A stretch of DNA of 64,000 nucleotides from a bacterium (lineage in GTDB: Bacteria > Hinthialibacterota > Hinthialibacteria > Hinthialibacterales > Hinthialibacteraceae): the NCBI GenBank assembly GCA_041946805.1, contig JBHGBC010000003.1:32001-96000 (forward strand), read 5' to 3'. Positions 9,540-19,226 of the stretch are shown piece by piece (within the stretch, counting starts at the first letter, position 1; each line of letters starts with the position of its first letter). Under the pieces are notes generated by a model. That model ran no database searches, was not told the origin of the DNA, and worked only from the letters and a program-made list of their open reading frames with translations. The translations under genes and the position numbers were made by a program.

Positions 9540-10424
9540 ATGAAACAAAACCGCAGACAATGGCTACAAACCGCCGGGGCCGGATTGGGCATGTTGACAT
9601 GGGCCGGACCGTCAGCCCGGTCAGCGGAACCCGAAATATTCGCCAAGCCTTCCCGGATGAAGGTGGGACTCGTGACCTACAATCTCGCCAAGGACATGGA
9701 CATCGAGACGATCATCAAAACCTGCGAGGCGGCCCAGATCCAGGGCGTCGAGCTGCGCACCACCCATGCCCACGGCGTGGAAGTGTCGTTGAACCAGGAG
9801 CAGCGCGCGGCGGTGAAAAAGCGCTTTCAGGATTCCGCCGTCGAGTTGATGGGCCTGGGCAGCGCCTTCGATTACCATACGCCGGACCAGGACAAGTTGC
9901 GCAAGGACATCGAGGCCACCAAGGAGTACATCCGGCTCGCCCGGGATGTCGGGGCGTCCGGCGTCAAGGTGCGGCCCAACGGCTTTCCCGAGGGCGTTCC
10001 TCAAGAAAAAACTCTCGAGCAAATCGGCAAATCCCTGCGGGAGATCGGCGAATTCGGGCAAGATTACGGCATCCAGATCCGCCTCGAAGTCCATGGCAAC
10101 AGGACCAGTGAACTGCCACATATCAAAACCATGATGGATGTGGCGGACCATAAAAACGTGGGCGTCTGCTGGAACTCCAACGCCACGGATCTGGCCGGCG
10201 AGGACTTCGATTCCAACTTCAACCTGGTCAAGGACAAGATCTTTTCCTGCCACGTGAACGATTTATTCAATGAACGCTACCCCTACCGCCGCCTGTTGAC
10301 CCGCCTGAACGAGATCGGTTTTCAGGGCTACTGCCTGGCCGAACTGCCCCACACCAGCCCCGATCCCGTGATGGTGTTGAAATATTTCCGCGCCTTGTGG
10401 CTGGCGTACCAAAACCTGCTGTGA
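9540..10424 (+). CDS. Tat-exported sugar phosphate isomerase/epimerase (xylose isomerase-like TIM barrel)
   Basis: NRRQWL leader, 'GVELRTTHAHGVE', 'RLEVHG' and 'VCWNSN'. Confidence 0.85.
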   Translation: MKQNRRQWLQTAGAGLGMLTWAGPSARSAEPEIFAKPSRMKVGLVTYNLAKDMDIETIIKTCEAAQIQGVELRTTHAHGVEVSLNQEQRAAVKKRFQDSAVELMGLGSAFDYHTPDQDKLRKDIEATKEYIRLARDVGASGVKVRPNGFPEGVPQEKTLEQIGKSLREIGEFGQDYGIQIRLEVHGNRTSELPHIKTMMDVADHKNVGVCWNSNATDLAGEDFDSNFNLVKDKIFSCHVNDLFNERYPYRRLLTRLNEIGFQGYCLAELPHTSPDPVMVLKYFRALWLAYQNLL

Positions 10425-10837
10425 GGGGAAAACCCGTTTCCGTTCCAATATCGATACCTGTTATCGTTCAGGCATTCCCGCAGGGGCACGAGGCCATACG
10501 CCTCGGGAGTCAACCGGGTGGTTGAATACCGGCGCGGGATGTCAGACAACCAGGAGGATGACACATCACGACCCAGCTTTTCCTCACCCTGACCCTCTCC
10601 CAGAGGGATAGGGAAGGCAGCACGGATTGTCGTGTCCACGCGGGAAGCAGTTGGTGACCGGTGGGGTGGTCCGGAGAAAATCGTGATTGTTAATCCGGCA
10701 TCCATGGATAATCGCGGAGGAAAATTCATGAACAGCCCGCGCTTCAAGAATCCCCCCTTCCCGTTCCCGCGGAACCGGCCGCTGGGTATGATGGGCAGGG
10801 AGGATACGATCCATTTCATGATGATGAGGTAAACACC

Positions 10838-12181
10838 GTGAATCCCATCCTGAAACTCCTGGACCGGGCTGATTTGTTGACGTTGGGCTTCGGCGCCACG
10901 GCGGCCATGTGGGCCGTGGGATACATTTGCCGCATCCCGCCCGTCTTCGTCCCCAGCGCGGTTCTACTGCTCCTGTTATTGCTCTGCCTTCTGGCGGGGG
11001 GGTACTTGGCGGGACGGTATACGCCCATGGGATGGCGCGGCGGCCTTTACACCGGCCTGCTCGCATCCACGCTCAACCTGCTGGTCCTGGGCAGTTTGAT
11101 CACCGGGGATGCGCCCAACCGCATCGTACCTTCCGCCCTGCTCTGGATTCCCGGATCGTACCTGGTCAGCGGGGCCGTCGCGGCGGCGGGGGCGGCATTC
11201 GCGGGGGCGTACACCAAAACCGCCGCTCTGAACTGGACCGCCCTCTATATCCGGACCGCCGCTGGGACCACCTTTTTCCTGATCTTCATCGGCGGCCTGG
11301 TGACCAGCCACAAAGCCGGCCTGGCGGTGGTGGATTGGCCCAATTCCTTTGGGTACAACATGTTTCTGTACCCTCTGTCGCGCATGACCGGAGGCATCTA
11401 TTATGAACACGCCCACCGTTTGTTCGGTTCGCTGGTGGGCTTGACCACAGTAGTCATGGCGCTGCATCTTTGGCGGACCGATGCCCGCCGCTGGGTGAAG
11501 TGGCTGGGCCTGGTTTGCGTGCTGCTGGTGTTGATCCAGGGGATCCTGGGAGGCTTGCGGGTCACCGGGACGTTCACGCTGAGCGCGTCGCCCCAGGACA
11601 CCGCTCCCAGCATCCAGCTGGCCATTCTGCATGGCGTCCTGGGCCAAATCTTCTTCGCGGTGATGATCGCCATGGCGGTTTTCACATCGCCTGCCTGGAT
11701 CGCGGCCCACGCGCCCCAGCCGGTCCCTTCGGCCACCGCGGACCGCGTATTGACCGCCCTGCTGAGCGGCGTCCTGATCATTCAGCTGGTGCTGGGAGCC
11801 ATTTTGCGCCATATCGCCCACGGCCTGCTCATCCACATCAGCGCCGCGGCCATCGTCGCCGCCCTCGCGATCATCACCGGTGTGCGCGCCTGGGGGCTTT
11901 ATCCCAACGAGCCGGTCCTGCCCCGCCTGGGCCTGACCTTGCTGAAGGCCATCTCGCTGCAATTGGTGTTGGGGCTTTGCGCCCTGGCCGCCACCGGGAT
12001 GACCCGGCTGCCCGATCAACCTCCCCATGCCGTGGACGTCATCTTCACCACCACCCACCAGATTACAGGAGCCTTGTTGCTGGCCATCACCGTGGCCTTG
12101 ATGCTTTGGACCTGGCGCCGGCTCGCGCCCCAGCCGGTCACCCAATCCCAGTCTTCCCCCCACGAGGCGCACGTCCGGTAA
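10838..12181 (+). CDS. ctaA: Heme A synthase, COX15/CtaA family, with N-terminal membrane extension
   Basis: 'GGLVTSHKAGLAVVDWP', 'EHAHRLFG', 'QGILGGLRV' and later His-bearing helices; RBS GAGGT with GTG start. Confidence 0.8.
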   Translation: MNPILKLLDRADLLTLGFGATAAMWAVGYICRIPPVFVPSAVLLLLLLLCLLAGGYLAGRYTPMGWRGGLYTGLLASTLNLLVLGSLITGDAPNRIVPSALLWIPGSYLVSGAVAAAGAAFAGAYTKTAALNWTALYIRTAAGTTFFLIFIGGLVTSHKAGLAVVDWPNSFGYNMFLYPLSRMTGGIYYEHAHRLFGSLVGLTTVVMALHLWRTDARRWVKWLGLVCVLLVLIQGILGGLRVTGTFTLSASPQDTAPSIQLAILHGVLGQIFFAVMIAMAVFTSPAWIAAHAPQPVPSATADRVLTALLSGVLIIQLVLGAILRHIAHGLLIHISAAAIVAALAIITGVRAWGLYPNEPVLPRLGLTLLKAISLQLVLGLCALAATGMTRLPDQPPHAVDVIFTTTHQITGALLLAITVALMLWTWRRLAPQPVTQSQSSPHEAHVR

Positions 12182-12272
12182 ACCAGTCCGGGGAAAGCCA
12201 TACCATCGACTTTCACTCCTTGCCGGTTTTTGATATAAGTAAGCCTCACCCGCCCGAAAGGAACCGGATGCC

Positions 12273-14849
12273 ATGAAACACGTCTTATCCCGATCGATCT
12301 TCTGGTACGTTCTGCTCTCGTCTTCCCCCGGTTTGTGTCAAGAAAATCCCGCCGCCTCCTCCCCCTCTCCCCGGGTGGGAGAGAACGAGGACGGTTCGTT
12401 TTATGTTCCCACCGAACAGCTGCTCGATCCCGCGGGTTTCCAGGTCACGTTTCCCGGACGGCCGGTCGACCTGGCCCTCAGTCCCGACGAAAAGACCCTG
12501 GCGGTCAAAAACCGGCGGGACTTGATCCTCATGGACGTGGATACCCGCCGCATACGCGTTTCCCTCTCCTTGCCCGGCGGCGGGCATAGCGTCACCGGGA
12601 TCCTGTTCTCGCCGGATGGGAAGACCATCTATACCACCGACGCGAGTAAAAGCATCCATCGCGCTCGCATCGGAGACCATGGGATCGCCACCTGGGACAC
12701 GCCCATCGTCCTGCCCCCGCCCGCCATCGGCGGCGTCCCCGCGCCCGCCGGCCTGGCCTTCTCCAATGATGGCAAGGAATTGCTGGTGACGTTGACCCGC
12801 AACAACACATTGGGCATCGTTAACCTGGAAACCAACGAGATTCAACAAATCGACACGGGCATTTGCCCCTTTACGGTCATCCTCACCCGGCCCGGCCTGG
12901 CTTACGTCAGCAACTGGGGCGGCCGGCGGCCCAAGGAGGGCGAGCCCACGGCTCGCAGCTCGGGCTCGGAAACCTTGATCGATGAAGAGACCGGGGTGGC
13001 TTCCAGTGGCAACGTAACGGTCATCGGCCTGGCCAAGCGGGCCGTCATCACCGAAATCGAAACCGGTCTCCACCCCTGCAACATGGCCTTGTCACCGGAC
13101 GAAAAATTGCTTTTCGTGGCCAACGCCAATTCGGACACCGTCTCGGTCATCGATACGCAAAAAAACAGCGTGATCCACACCCTCACCACGCGCCCCAATC
13201 CCGAACTGATGTTCGGCAGCACGCCCACGGATGTGCTGCTCTCGAAGGATGGGACGAAACTCTACGTCACCCTGGGCGGCAATAACGCCGTGGCGGTTTA
13301 TCAGCTCGGCTCCACCGAAGACTTCCTCCAAGGCAATGGAAACGCCGCCCTGCTGGGCTGCATCCCCACCGGTTGGTACCCCGGGGCGGTGCGGCTCAAC
13401 CGCGGCGAGGATCTGCTCTTCTGCGCCAACGTGAAGGGCCTCGGCTCGTTGAACCAGAGGACTTCGCGCCATGGCATGAATTCACACGAGCATCTCGGCT
13501 CGGTGTCGTTCATTCCCTATCCCCAGCCGGAAAAACTGGCCGCCATGACCGAAAAAGTCATCCATAACAACCGCCTGCCCGAATTGAAACGCAAACTCGA
13601 AAAGGCCCGCTCGGATATCGCCCCCGTGCCCGTCCCTGAACGCCATGGCGAGCCGTCGGTCTTCGATCACGTGATCTACATCATCAAGGAGAACCGTACG
13701 TACGACCAGGTTTTCGGCGACCTGCCCCAGGGCAACGGCGATCCCTCGCTGGTCCATTTCGGGCGCGAGGTCACCCCCAACCATCACGCGCTGGCCGAGA
13801 CCTTCACGCTGTTCGACAATTTCTACTGCAGCGGCGTGTTGAGCGCCGACGGCCACCAGTGGACCAACGAGGCCTACGTAACCGACTACCTCGAGCGCTT
13901 CTTCGGCGATTTCACCCGCAGCTATCCCTACGACGGCGACGACCCCCTGGCCTACGCCTCCACCGGATTCATCTGGGACAACGTCCTGCGCCACGGGCTC
14001 ACTTTCCGGGATTACGGCGAGTTCGTCCAGGCCGAACTCGATCCGCCCAAGGCCCAGTTCCTCGACTATTACAAGGATTATCTCGAGGGAACCCACACGA
14101 TCCAAATGCGCGCCCGGACCGAACTCAAACGCCTGGAACCGTACCTGTGCCCCACCTACGTGGGCTTCCCCAATACGGTGCCCGACGTGATCCGGGTCCG
14201 GGAGTTTTTGAAGGAATTCCGGGAATTCGAGCGCCAGGGGTCCCTCCCCCACTTCATCATCCTGCTGCTGCCCAACGACCACACCAGCGGCACCCGGCCG
14301 GACCGCCCCACGCCCCGGGCTTCCGTGGCCGACAACGACCTGGCCCTGGGGCAGATCGTCGAGGCGGTCTCGCATAGCCGGTTTTGGGAAAAAACCTGCA
14401 TTTTCGTGGTGCAGGACGATCCCCAGGACGGCCTCGACCACGTGGACAGCCACCGCACCGTCGCCTTGGTGATATCCCCCTACACCCGGCGGGGATTCGT
14501 CGACAGCACGATGTATACCCAACCGGGGATGCTGAAGACCATCGAACTGATCCTGGGCCTCCCCCCGATGAACCAGTTCGATCTGCTGGCCACCCCCATG
14601 CGCGCCTGTTTCCGGAATGAGCCCGATCTCACCCCCTACAAGGCCCTGAAAAACAACATCCCCCTCGACGAAATGAATCCGCCGCTGCCAAAAACCTCGG
14701 GCATGCAACGCTATTGGGCGCAAAAATCCCTGGAACTCGACTTGAGCAAGGAAGACTTGATCGACGAGGACCTCTTCAACCGCATCATCTGGCACGCCGT
14801 CAAGGGCTACGATGTGCCGTATCCCACCCGGCCCACGAAGTCCGGGTGA
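12273..14849 (+). CDS. YVTN/YncE beta-propeller fused to a phosphoesterase (alkaline phosphatase superfamily) domain
   Basis: Propeller repeats 'LFVANANSDTVSVID', then 'HVIYIIKENRTYDQVFGD', 'SADGHQW', 'LPNDHT' and 'DHVDSHR'. Confidence 0.88.
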   Translation: MKHVLSRSIFWYVLLSSSPGLCQENPAASSPSPRVGENEDGSFYVPTEQLLDPAGFQVTFPGRPVDLALSPDEKTLAVKNRRDLILMDVDTRRIRVSLSLPGGGHSVTGILFSPDGKTIYTTDASKSIHRARIGDHGIATWDTPIVLPPPAIGGVPAPAGLAFSNDGKELLVTLTRNNTLGIVNLETNEIQQIDTGICPFTVILTRPGLAYVSNWGGRRPKEGEPTARSSGSETLIDEETGVASSGNVTVIGLAKRAVITEIETGLHPCNMALSPDEKLLFVANANSDTVSVIDTQKNSVIHTLTTRPNPELMFGSTPTDVLLSKDGTKLYVTLGGNNAVAVYQLGSTEDFLQGNGNAALLGCIPTGWYPGAVRLNRGEDLLFCANVKGLGSLNQRTSRHGMNSHEHLGSVSFIPYPQPEKLAAMTEKVIHNNRLPELKRKLEKARSDIAPVPVPERHGEPSVFDHVIYIIKENRTYDQVFGDLPQGNGDPSLVHFGREVTPNHHALAETFTLFDNFYCSGVLSADGHQWTNEAYVTDYLERFFGDFTRSYPYDGDDPLAYASTGFIWDNVLRHGLTFRDYGEFVQAELDPPKAQFLDYYKDYLEGTHTIQMRARTELKRLEPYLCPTYVGFPNTVPDVIRVREFLKEFREFERQGSLPHFIILLLPNDHTSGTRPDRPTPRASVADNDLALGQIVEAVSHSRFWEKTCIFVVQDDPQDGLDHVDSHRTVALVISPYTRRGFVDSTMYTQPGMLKTIELILGLPPMNQFDLLATPMRACFRNEPDLTPYKALKNNIPLDEMNPPLPKTSGMQRYWAQKSLELDLSKEDLIDEDLFNRIIWHAVKGYDVPYPTRPTKSG

Positions 14850-14955
14850 ACGATCCAGAGTCCACTTCCGGTGACTCGGATCCTGCCAGCGGGCTACGCC
14901 GCGCTTTGATCCCACCCTATATGGGGGGGCAACTATAGCAAGGAAAATATTGATA

Positions 14956-15095
14956 CCGCCCTTACAGGGCTTGGGATTCTTGTTTTTCCATTTCCCAGGG
15001 CTAACGCCCTGGGCTATGCTCATGCCGCGCCGTTGGCGCTGAAATGCCAGTTCTGCATTCGGTCAATCATTGCCTACGAAAAGCTCGACAGAATC
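14956..15095 (+). mobile_element. Composite MITE-like element, partial (type-B right end)
   Basis: Modules CCGCCC..AGGGCTT, CCCAGGGCTAACGCCCTGGG and GCGCCGTTGGCGC, ending GAAAAGCTCGACAGAATC. Confidence 0.6.
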
Positions 15096-15260
15096 GAATC
15101 CGGGTCAAGCGGTCCGGCGGGATTACCCGAACCGGAAATCCCGTCCATCTTTCTCATCCCCATCAAAAAATGTATATTTTCCTATTGTAACAATCCCAGC
15201 GATTGATATAACATTATAGGGAATACAATTTCCAATGTTCATGAGAAGGATCTATCGGCG

Positions 15261-15545
15261 ATGGAAACCATTCGTATCACCCATCAATCCGCGAATGAAC
15301 AAGGCTGGATGTTTACTGTGGTTGTAGGGAACGAAACGGACCTCACGGAACACCGGGTGACCTTGGAGCACCTGTATTATCATAAACTCACGCGGGGCAA
15401 AACCGATCCCGAAAACCTGGTCAAACGCTCCTTCGAGTTTCTGTTGCGGCGGGAACCGAAAACCTCCATCTTTCGCTCGTTCAATATCCAGGTCATCAAG
15501 AATTACTTCCCGGAATTCGAGGGGGAAATGCTGAAGACCGCTTGA
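15261..15545 (+). CDS. Small conserved-looking hypothetical protein
   Basis: RBS AAGGA, AT-rich upstream region, and a natural-looking 94-aa sequence ending 'SFEFLLRREPKTSIFRSFNIQVIKNYFPEFE'. Confidence 0.75.
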   Translation: METIRITHQSANEQGWMFTVVVGNETDLTEHRVTLEHLYYHKLTRGKTDPENLVKRSFEFLLRREPKTSIFRSFNIQVIKNYFPEFEGEMLKTA

Positions 15546-15754
15546 TGGGATTGAATGGGCCCCAAAAAGGACCGGCCTCTGCTTGAGCGGGGGGGATGGG
15601 GATTTTGTTTGTTATCAACCCGCCTCCTGTAAACCGTCCGGCGCCAGGGAAAGTACCCCGAATCCGAAAACATGAGTTGAAATTCCCTGCCATTCCTATA
15701 CCATGGCTTCAGCCAGGTTTCCATACATTCCAACCGAACGGGGAAAATGGGGCC

Positions 15755-17110
15755 ATGAACACAAATCCTTTGAATTCAATCTCACCGGTTACCCGGCGGA
15801 GCTTTCTGGCTGCCGGGCTGGCCGCGTACTCCACCGCCACGATCGGGGACGCGTTCGCTGATCCTGCGTCTCTCAACGCGATCGCCTCGGTCAACCTCCA
15901 GTCGATCGATCCGGGTTATGTCTCGTCGCAATACTATGACGCCAAGGAAAAAGAAGCGCTGAACGATGTGCTCGAGGAAGGTTCGCCCTTCCGTTTTTGG
16001 GGACCCGGCGCGCCCGTCAAGACCAAGCATTTCGAGGAAGCCTTCGCGAACTACATGGGCGTTCCCTACGCGCTGGCGGTGACCTCGGGCACCGCGGCCC
16101 TGGATTGCGCGGTGGCGGGACTGGGCATCGGGCCGGGCGATGAGGTCATCGTCCCCGCCTACAGTTGGTGGTCCGATTACACCTGTGTGCTGTGCGCCGG
16201 AGCGTTGCCGGTGTTCGCGGACATCGACGAAACCTTCAACCTCGATCCCCGCGATTTCGAGCGCAAAATCACCCCGCGCACCAAGGCGGTGCTGGCCGTG
16301 CACCTGATGGGCGGCCCCTGCGACATGGATCCGATCCTCGAGATCGCCCGCCAGCATAAAATCGCCGTGCTGGAAGACGCGGCGCAGGCAGTGGGCGGCT
16401 CGTACAAGGGGAAAAAACTGGGCTCGATGGGCGACGTGGGGATCTACAGCTTCCAGATCAACAAGATGATCAGTTCCGGCGAGGGCGGGGCGGTGGTGAC
16501 CAGCAATCCATTGATCTACGAACGCGCCGTCCGCTATCACGATGTGGGGATATTCCGTGAGGTCTTCGAGAAACGGACCGGCTCCAGCCAGGCCGGCAGC
16601 GAGGGCGGTCAGAACTTCCGCCTGAACGAATTCACCGGGGCCGTGCTGGACGCGCAACTGCCCAAGCTGGACACGATGATCCAGGACATGCGGCGCAACG
16701 CCAAGGCCATCGCCGACGGCATCAAGGATCTTCCCGGCCTGCGCTGGCGCAAACAACCGGATCCGGAGGGCGACACCGGCTACGCGGTCGGCATCGAGGT
16801 GAAAAACCGGGAATCCCGCGACCGGTTTATCAGCGAGCTGCACAAGTGGAAAGTCCCGGCGGCCACCCTGGTGGGTTCCGTGCTGCTGCCCCTCGAGGAA
16901 TCGGTCATTCAAAAGCAAGCCCGGCACCCAAACTGGCCTTCGTTCAACTCACCGGATGGCAAGGCCATCCAGTACGGTCCGGAATGCTGCCGCCAAACCC
17001 TGGATGTCTTCAATCGGTTCGTGCTGATCCGCGTGGGTCCGAAATACACGGACGCCATGAACCAGCAGATCATCGCCGCCGTGCGCGAGATCTATCCCAA
17101 GATCAGCTGA
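15755..17110 (+). CDS. DegT/DnrJ/EryC1/StrS family PLP aminotransferase with Tat-like leader
   Basis: 'VTSGTAAL', 'GPGDEVIVP', 'EDAAQA' and 'SFQINKMISSGEGG'; leader TRRSFLAAG. Start moved from 15596 to the ATG at 15755. Confidence 0.88.
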   Translation: MNTNPLNSISPVTRRSFLAAGLAAYSTATIGDAFADPASLNAIASVNLQSIDPGYVSSQYYDAKEKEALNDVLEEGSPFRFWGPGAPVKTKHFEEAFANYMGVPYALAVTSGTAALDCAVAGLGIGPGDEVIVPAYSWWSDYTCVLCAGALPVFADIDETFNLDPRDFERKITPRTKAVLAVHLMGGPCDMDPILEIARQHKIAVLEDAAQAVGGSYKGKKLGSMGDVGIYSFQINKMISSGEGGAVVTSNPLIYERAVRYHDVGIFREVFEKRTGSSQAGSEGGQNFRLNEFTGAVLDAQLPKLDTMIQDMRRNAKAIADGIKDLPGLRWRKQPDPEGDTGYAVGIEVKNRESRDRFISELHKWKVPAATLVGSVLLPLEESVIQKQARHPNWPSFNSPDGKAIQYGPECCRQTLDVFNRFVLIRVGPKYTDAMNQQIIAAVREIYPKIS

Positions 17111-17157
17111 AGAACTATATCGAGGGTGAGGGAAGACCATGTTTTACCTGTCCGGAA

Positions 17158-17371
17158 GTAGAGGCACGTTGCCACGTGCCCCGACGATAACATCGGCCAG
17201 ATGATCTAGATTTTCAGGATTTCCAACCGGGGCAAATGCCCTGGATCCCCGCGGAAGCGGGGAACCAGGAAGCGGCGGTATGGTTACCCCGCACGAATGA
17301 TAAAAACGAAATGTAAGTACCCCTGATTAAAGGATTTCCCTCACCCTAGCCCTCTCCCAGAGGGAGAGGGG
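17158..17371. repeat. Cluster of REP-like elements (GTAG-type, ATCCCCGC-type, CCCTCACCC hairpin)
   Basis: Copies at 17158-17185, 17241-17268 and 17338-17371. Confidence 0.7.
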
Positions 17372-17602
17372 ATTGATTACTCTTATTTTATCCTCTCAGG
17401 GCTCTATCAAAGGGAGAGGGGATTTGGGGGGTAATTTCCCCGGCCAGCCCGATTGAGAAGCGGATGAACATGCTTGAAAAAAAAATACGCACTTGTCGGA
17501 TGAACCAGAAAAATTCAACATAGCCTAAGGCGAGGGAATCTCTTTTGAGGCGTTTTCACCTTTCACACCGCGTTATTTCTCCTGTATATCCTTATAATAA
17601 AA

Positions 17603-18922
17603 TCACATCCGCTCCCCAATCACCCGCGCCAGGGCCTTGCCGATCAGGATGTGCCCCACCGGATCGAGGTGGCATTCGTCCATGAAGCGCGCCCGGAAGA
17701 AATTCTCCAGATCGGTGACCCGGCCGTCTTGCCGGGGAATGGCTTCCGAGTCGTCAATCAATTTCCAACCGTTCTCTTCCGCCTGGTCGAGAAAGGCATC
17801 GATTCCCGGCTCATTCACGTAATCGTTGATCCGGCCAATGGCCTCGCGGCTGTCAACCAAGGGAACCTCATATTCCCGGGCGGTTTCCCGGTAAATATCG
17901 AGATAGGGTTCCTCGCGATGCAAAACCGCCTCGCCGTGCAGGGATCCCAGCGGCTTGTGAGCTTCATAATACTCCCGCGCCTTCGATTCATCGCCCAAGG
18001 CCCGGTAACCCGTCCCCCTCAGATAATGGCAGAACGCCAGCGCCGCGACATGCAGCTCCGGCTCGGCTTTCTCCAACAGTTCCAGCGCCACCGCGGTCTG
18101 TTTTTCCTCCAGCCGCCGTGCGGCCCGCTCGACCGGCTCGAACACGCTGGGATTCTGTTCGATCATCAAAAACACGAGTTGGATACTCTTCTCCCGGCAT
18201 ATATTCACCACCTGCCGCAACTCGTCCCGGAAGACCTCCGGCGGCACCCGGATGGGAACCCGGTCCAGGGGCGGCGGATTGTCGAGGAGGCTCCGCAGCT
18301 TCCGGATCCCCAGTTCGGTGGACACGGCGTGGAGGATGTTGCTCCATTGCAGCGCCTCCACGCATTTCCGCAGGAACGCGATGCGGCGGAACGAGGCCTC
18401 CGAATCGGGCGGCGTCAGCAGCAAATAGCGCCGGTCGTTGTAGCCCGCGGAGAAAACCACCACACGCGGCTTATAAGCCAGCAATTGTTCCAACTTGGCC
18501 CGGCACTGCACCGCCGAATAGCCATGCGTTCCCGCGTTGATGACTTCGGCGTCCACTCCCTTCCCGCGCAACTCGGTTTGCAGCACGTGGCAAAAGGTGG
18601 ATTCATCCGGGACCTCGAATCCGTAAGTGCGGGAATCGCCGATGGCAATGATCCGCACGGCATGATTGGGTTCCAGCATGTACTCATCCGTCCCCCGGAA
18701 TCCGGCGGCATTGATACGCACATTGTGTCCGTACGTGGGGCCCCGGAAATTCGGCCTTAACTTCCACAATGTTTTCGAATCCCACTCGAACGCGCGTAAG
18801 TTGGGATCGGTTTCCTTGTTGTAGATCGAGCCAACCAGGCCTTCGAGCGCCAGGTAGAGGAGGACGAGAATCAGTCCGAAAGCGAGTTTTTTCTGATGGG
18901 AAGTTTGGGGGAGAAAGGACAT
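17603..18922 (-). CDS. Membrane-anchored SGNH/GDSL hydrolase with TPR-like insertion
   Basis: N-terminal TM, 'INAAGFRG', 'GDSRTYG', 'NAGTHGY', 'GYND' and 'DECH'. Confidence 0.82.
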   Translation of the reverse strand: MSFLPQTSHQKKLAFGLILVLLYLALEGLVGSIYNKETDPNLRAFEWDSKTLWKLRPNFRGPTYGHNVRINAAGFRGTDEYMLEPNHAVRIIAIGDSRTYGFEVPDESTFCHVLQTELRGKGVDAEVINAGTHGYSAVQCRAKLEQLLAYKPRVVVFSAGYNDRRYLLLTPPDSEASFRRIAFLRKCVEALQWSNILHAVSTELGIRKLRSLLDNPPPLDRVPIRVPPEVFRDELRQVVNICREKSIQLVFLMIEQNPSVFEPVERAARRLEEKQTAVALELLEKAEPELHVAALAFCHYLRGTGYRALGDESKAREYYEAHKPLGSLHGEAVLHREEPYLDIYRETAREYEVPLVDSREAIGRINDYVNEPGIDAFLDQAEENGWKLIDDSEAIPRQDGRVTDLENFFRARFMDECHLDPVGHILIGKALARVIGERM

Positions 18923-18943
18923 GAATAATTCCCGGTTTGGATA

Positions 18944-19051
18944 TCATCCCCGCCAAAGCGGGGATTCATGGCATTGCCGAGGATTTCAATCCTGGAAATA
19001 TGAAACATCTGCCCGATGTGATGGTAGGGGCACGTTGCAACGTGCCCCTAC
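18944..19051. repeat. ATCCCCGC-type REP plus perfect GTAGGGGCACGTTGCAACGTGCCCCTAC
   Basis: Copies at 18944-18968 and 19024-19051. Confidence 0.8.
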
Positions 19052-19073
19052 ATTCTCTAAGAAAAAATGTAGT

Positions 19074-19214
19074 TTCCCCTGATCCTAATCCTTTCCCGGA
19101 GGGAGAAGGGATTCATTACTCTTGTTTTATCTCTCCCAGGGTTAACGCCCTGGGCTATACTCATGCCGCGCCGTGGGCGCTCAAACGCTGAACTGCAAAC
19201 CGGGCAATAGTAAC
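19074..19214 (+). mobile_element. Composite MITE-like element, partial (degenerate type-A right end)
   Basis: Same module order as 27505-27694, ending CTGCAAACCGGGCAATAGTAAC. Confidence 0.6.
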
Positions 19215-19226
19215 AAAAAAGAAACG

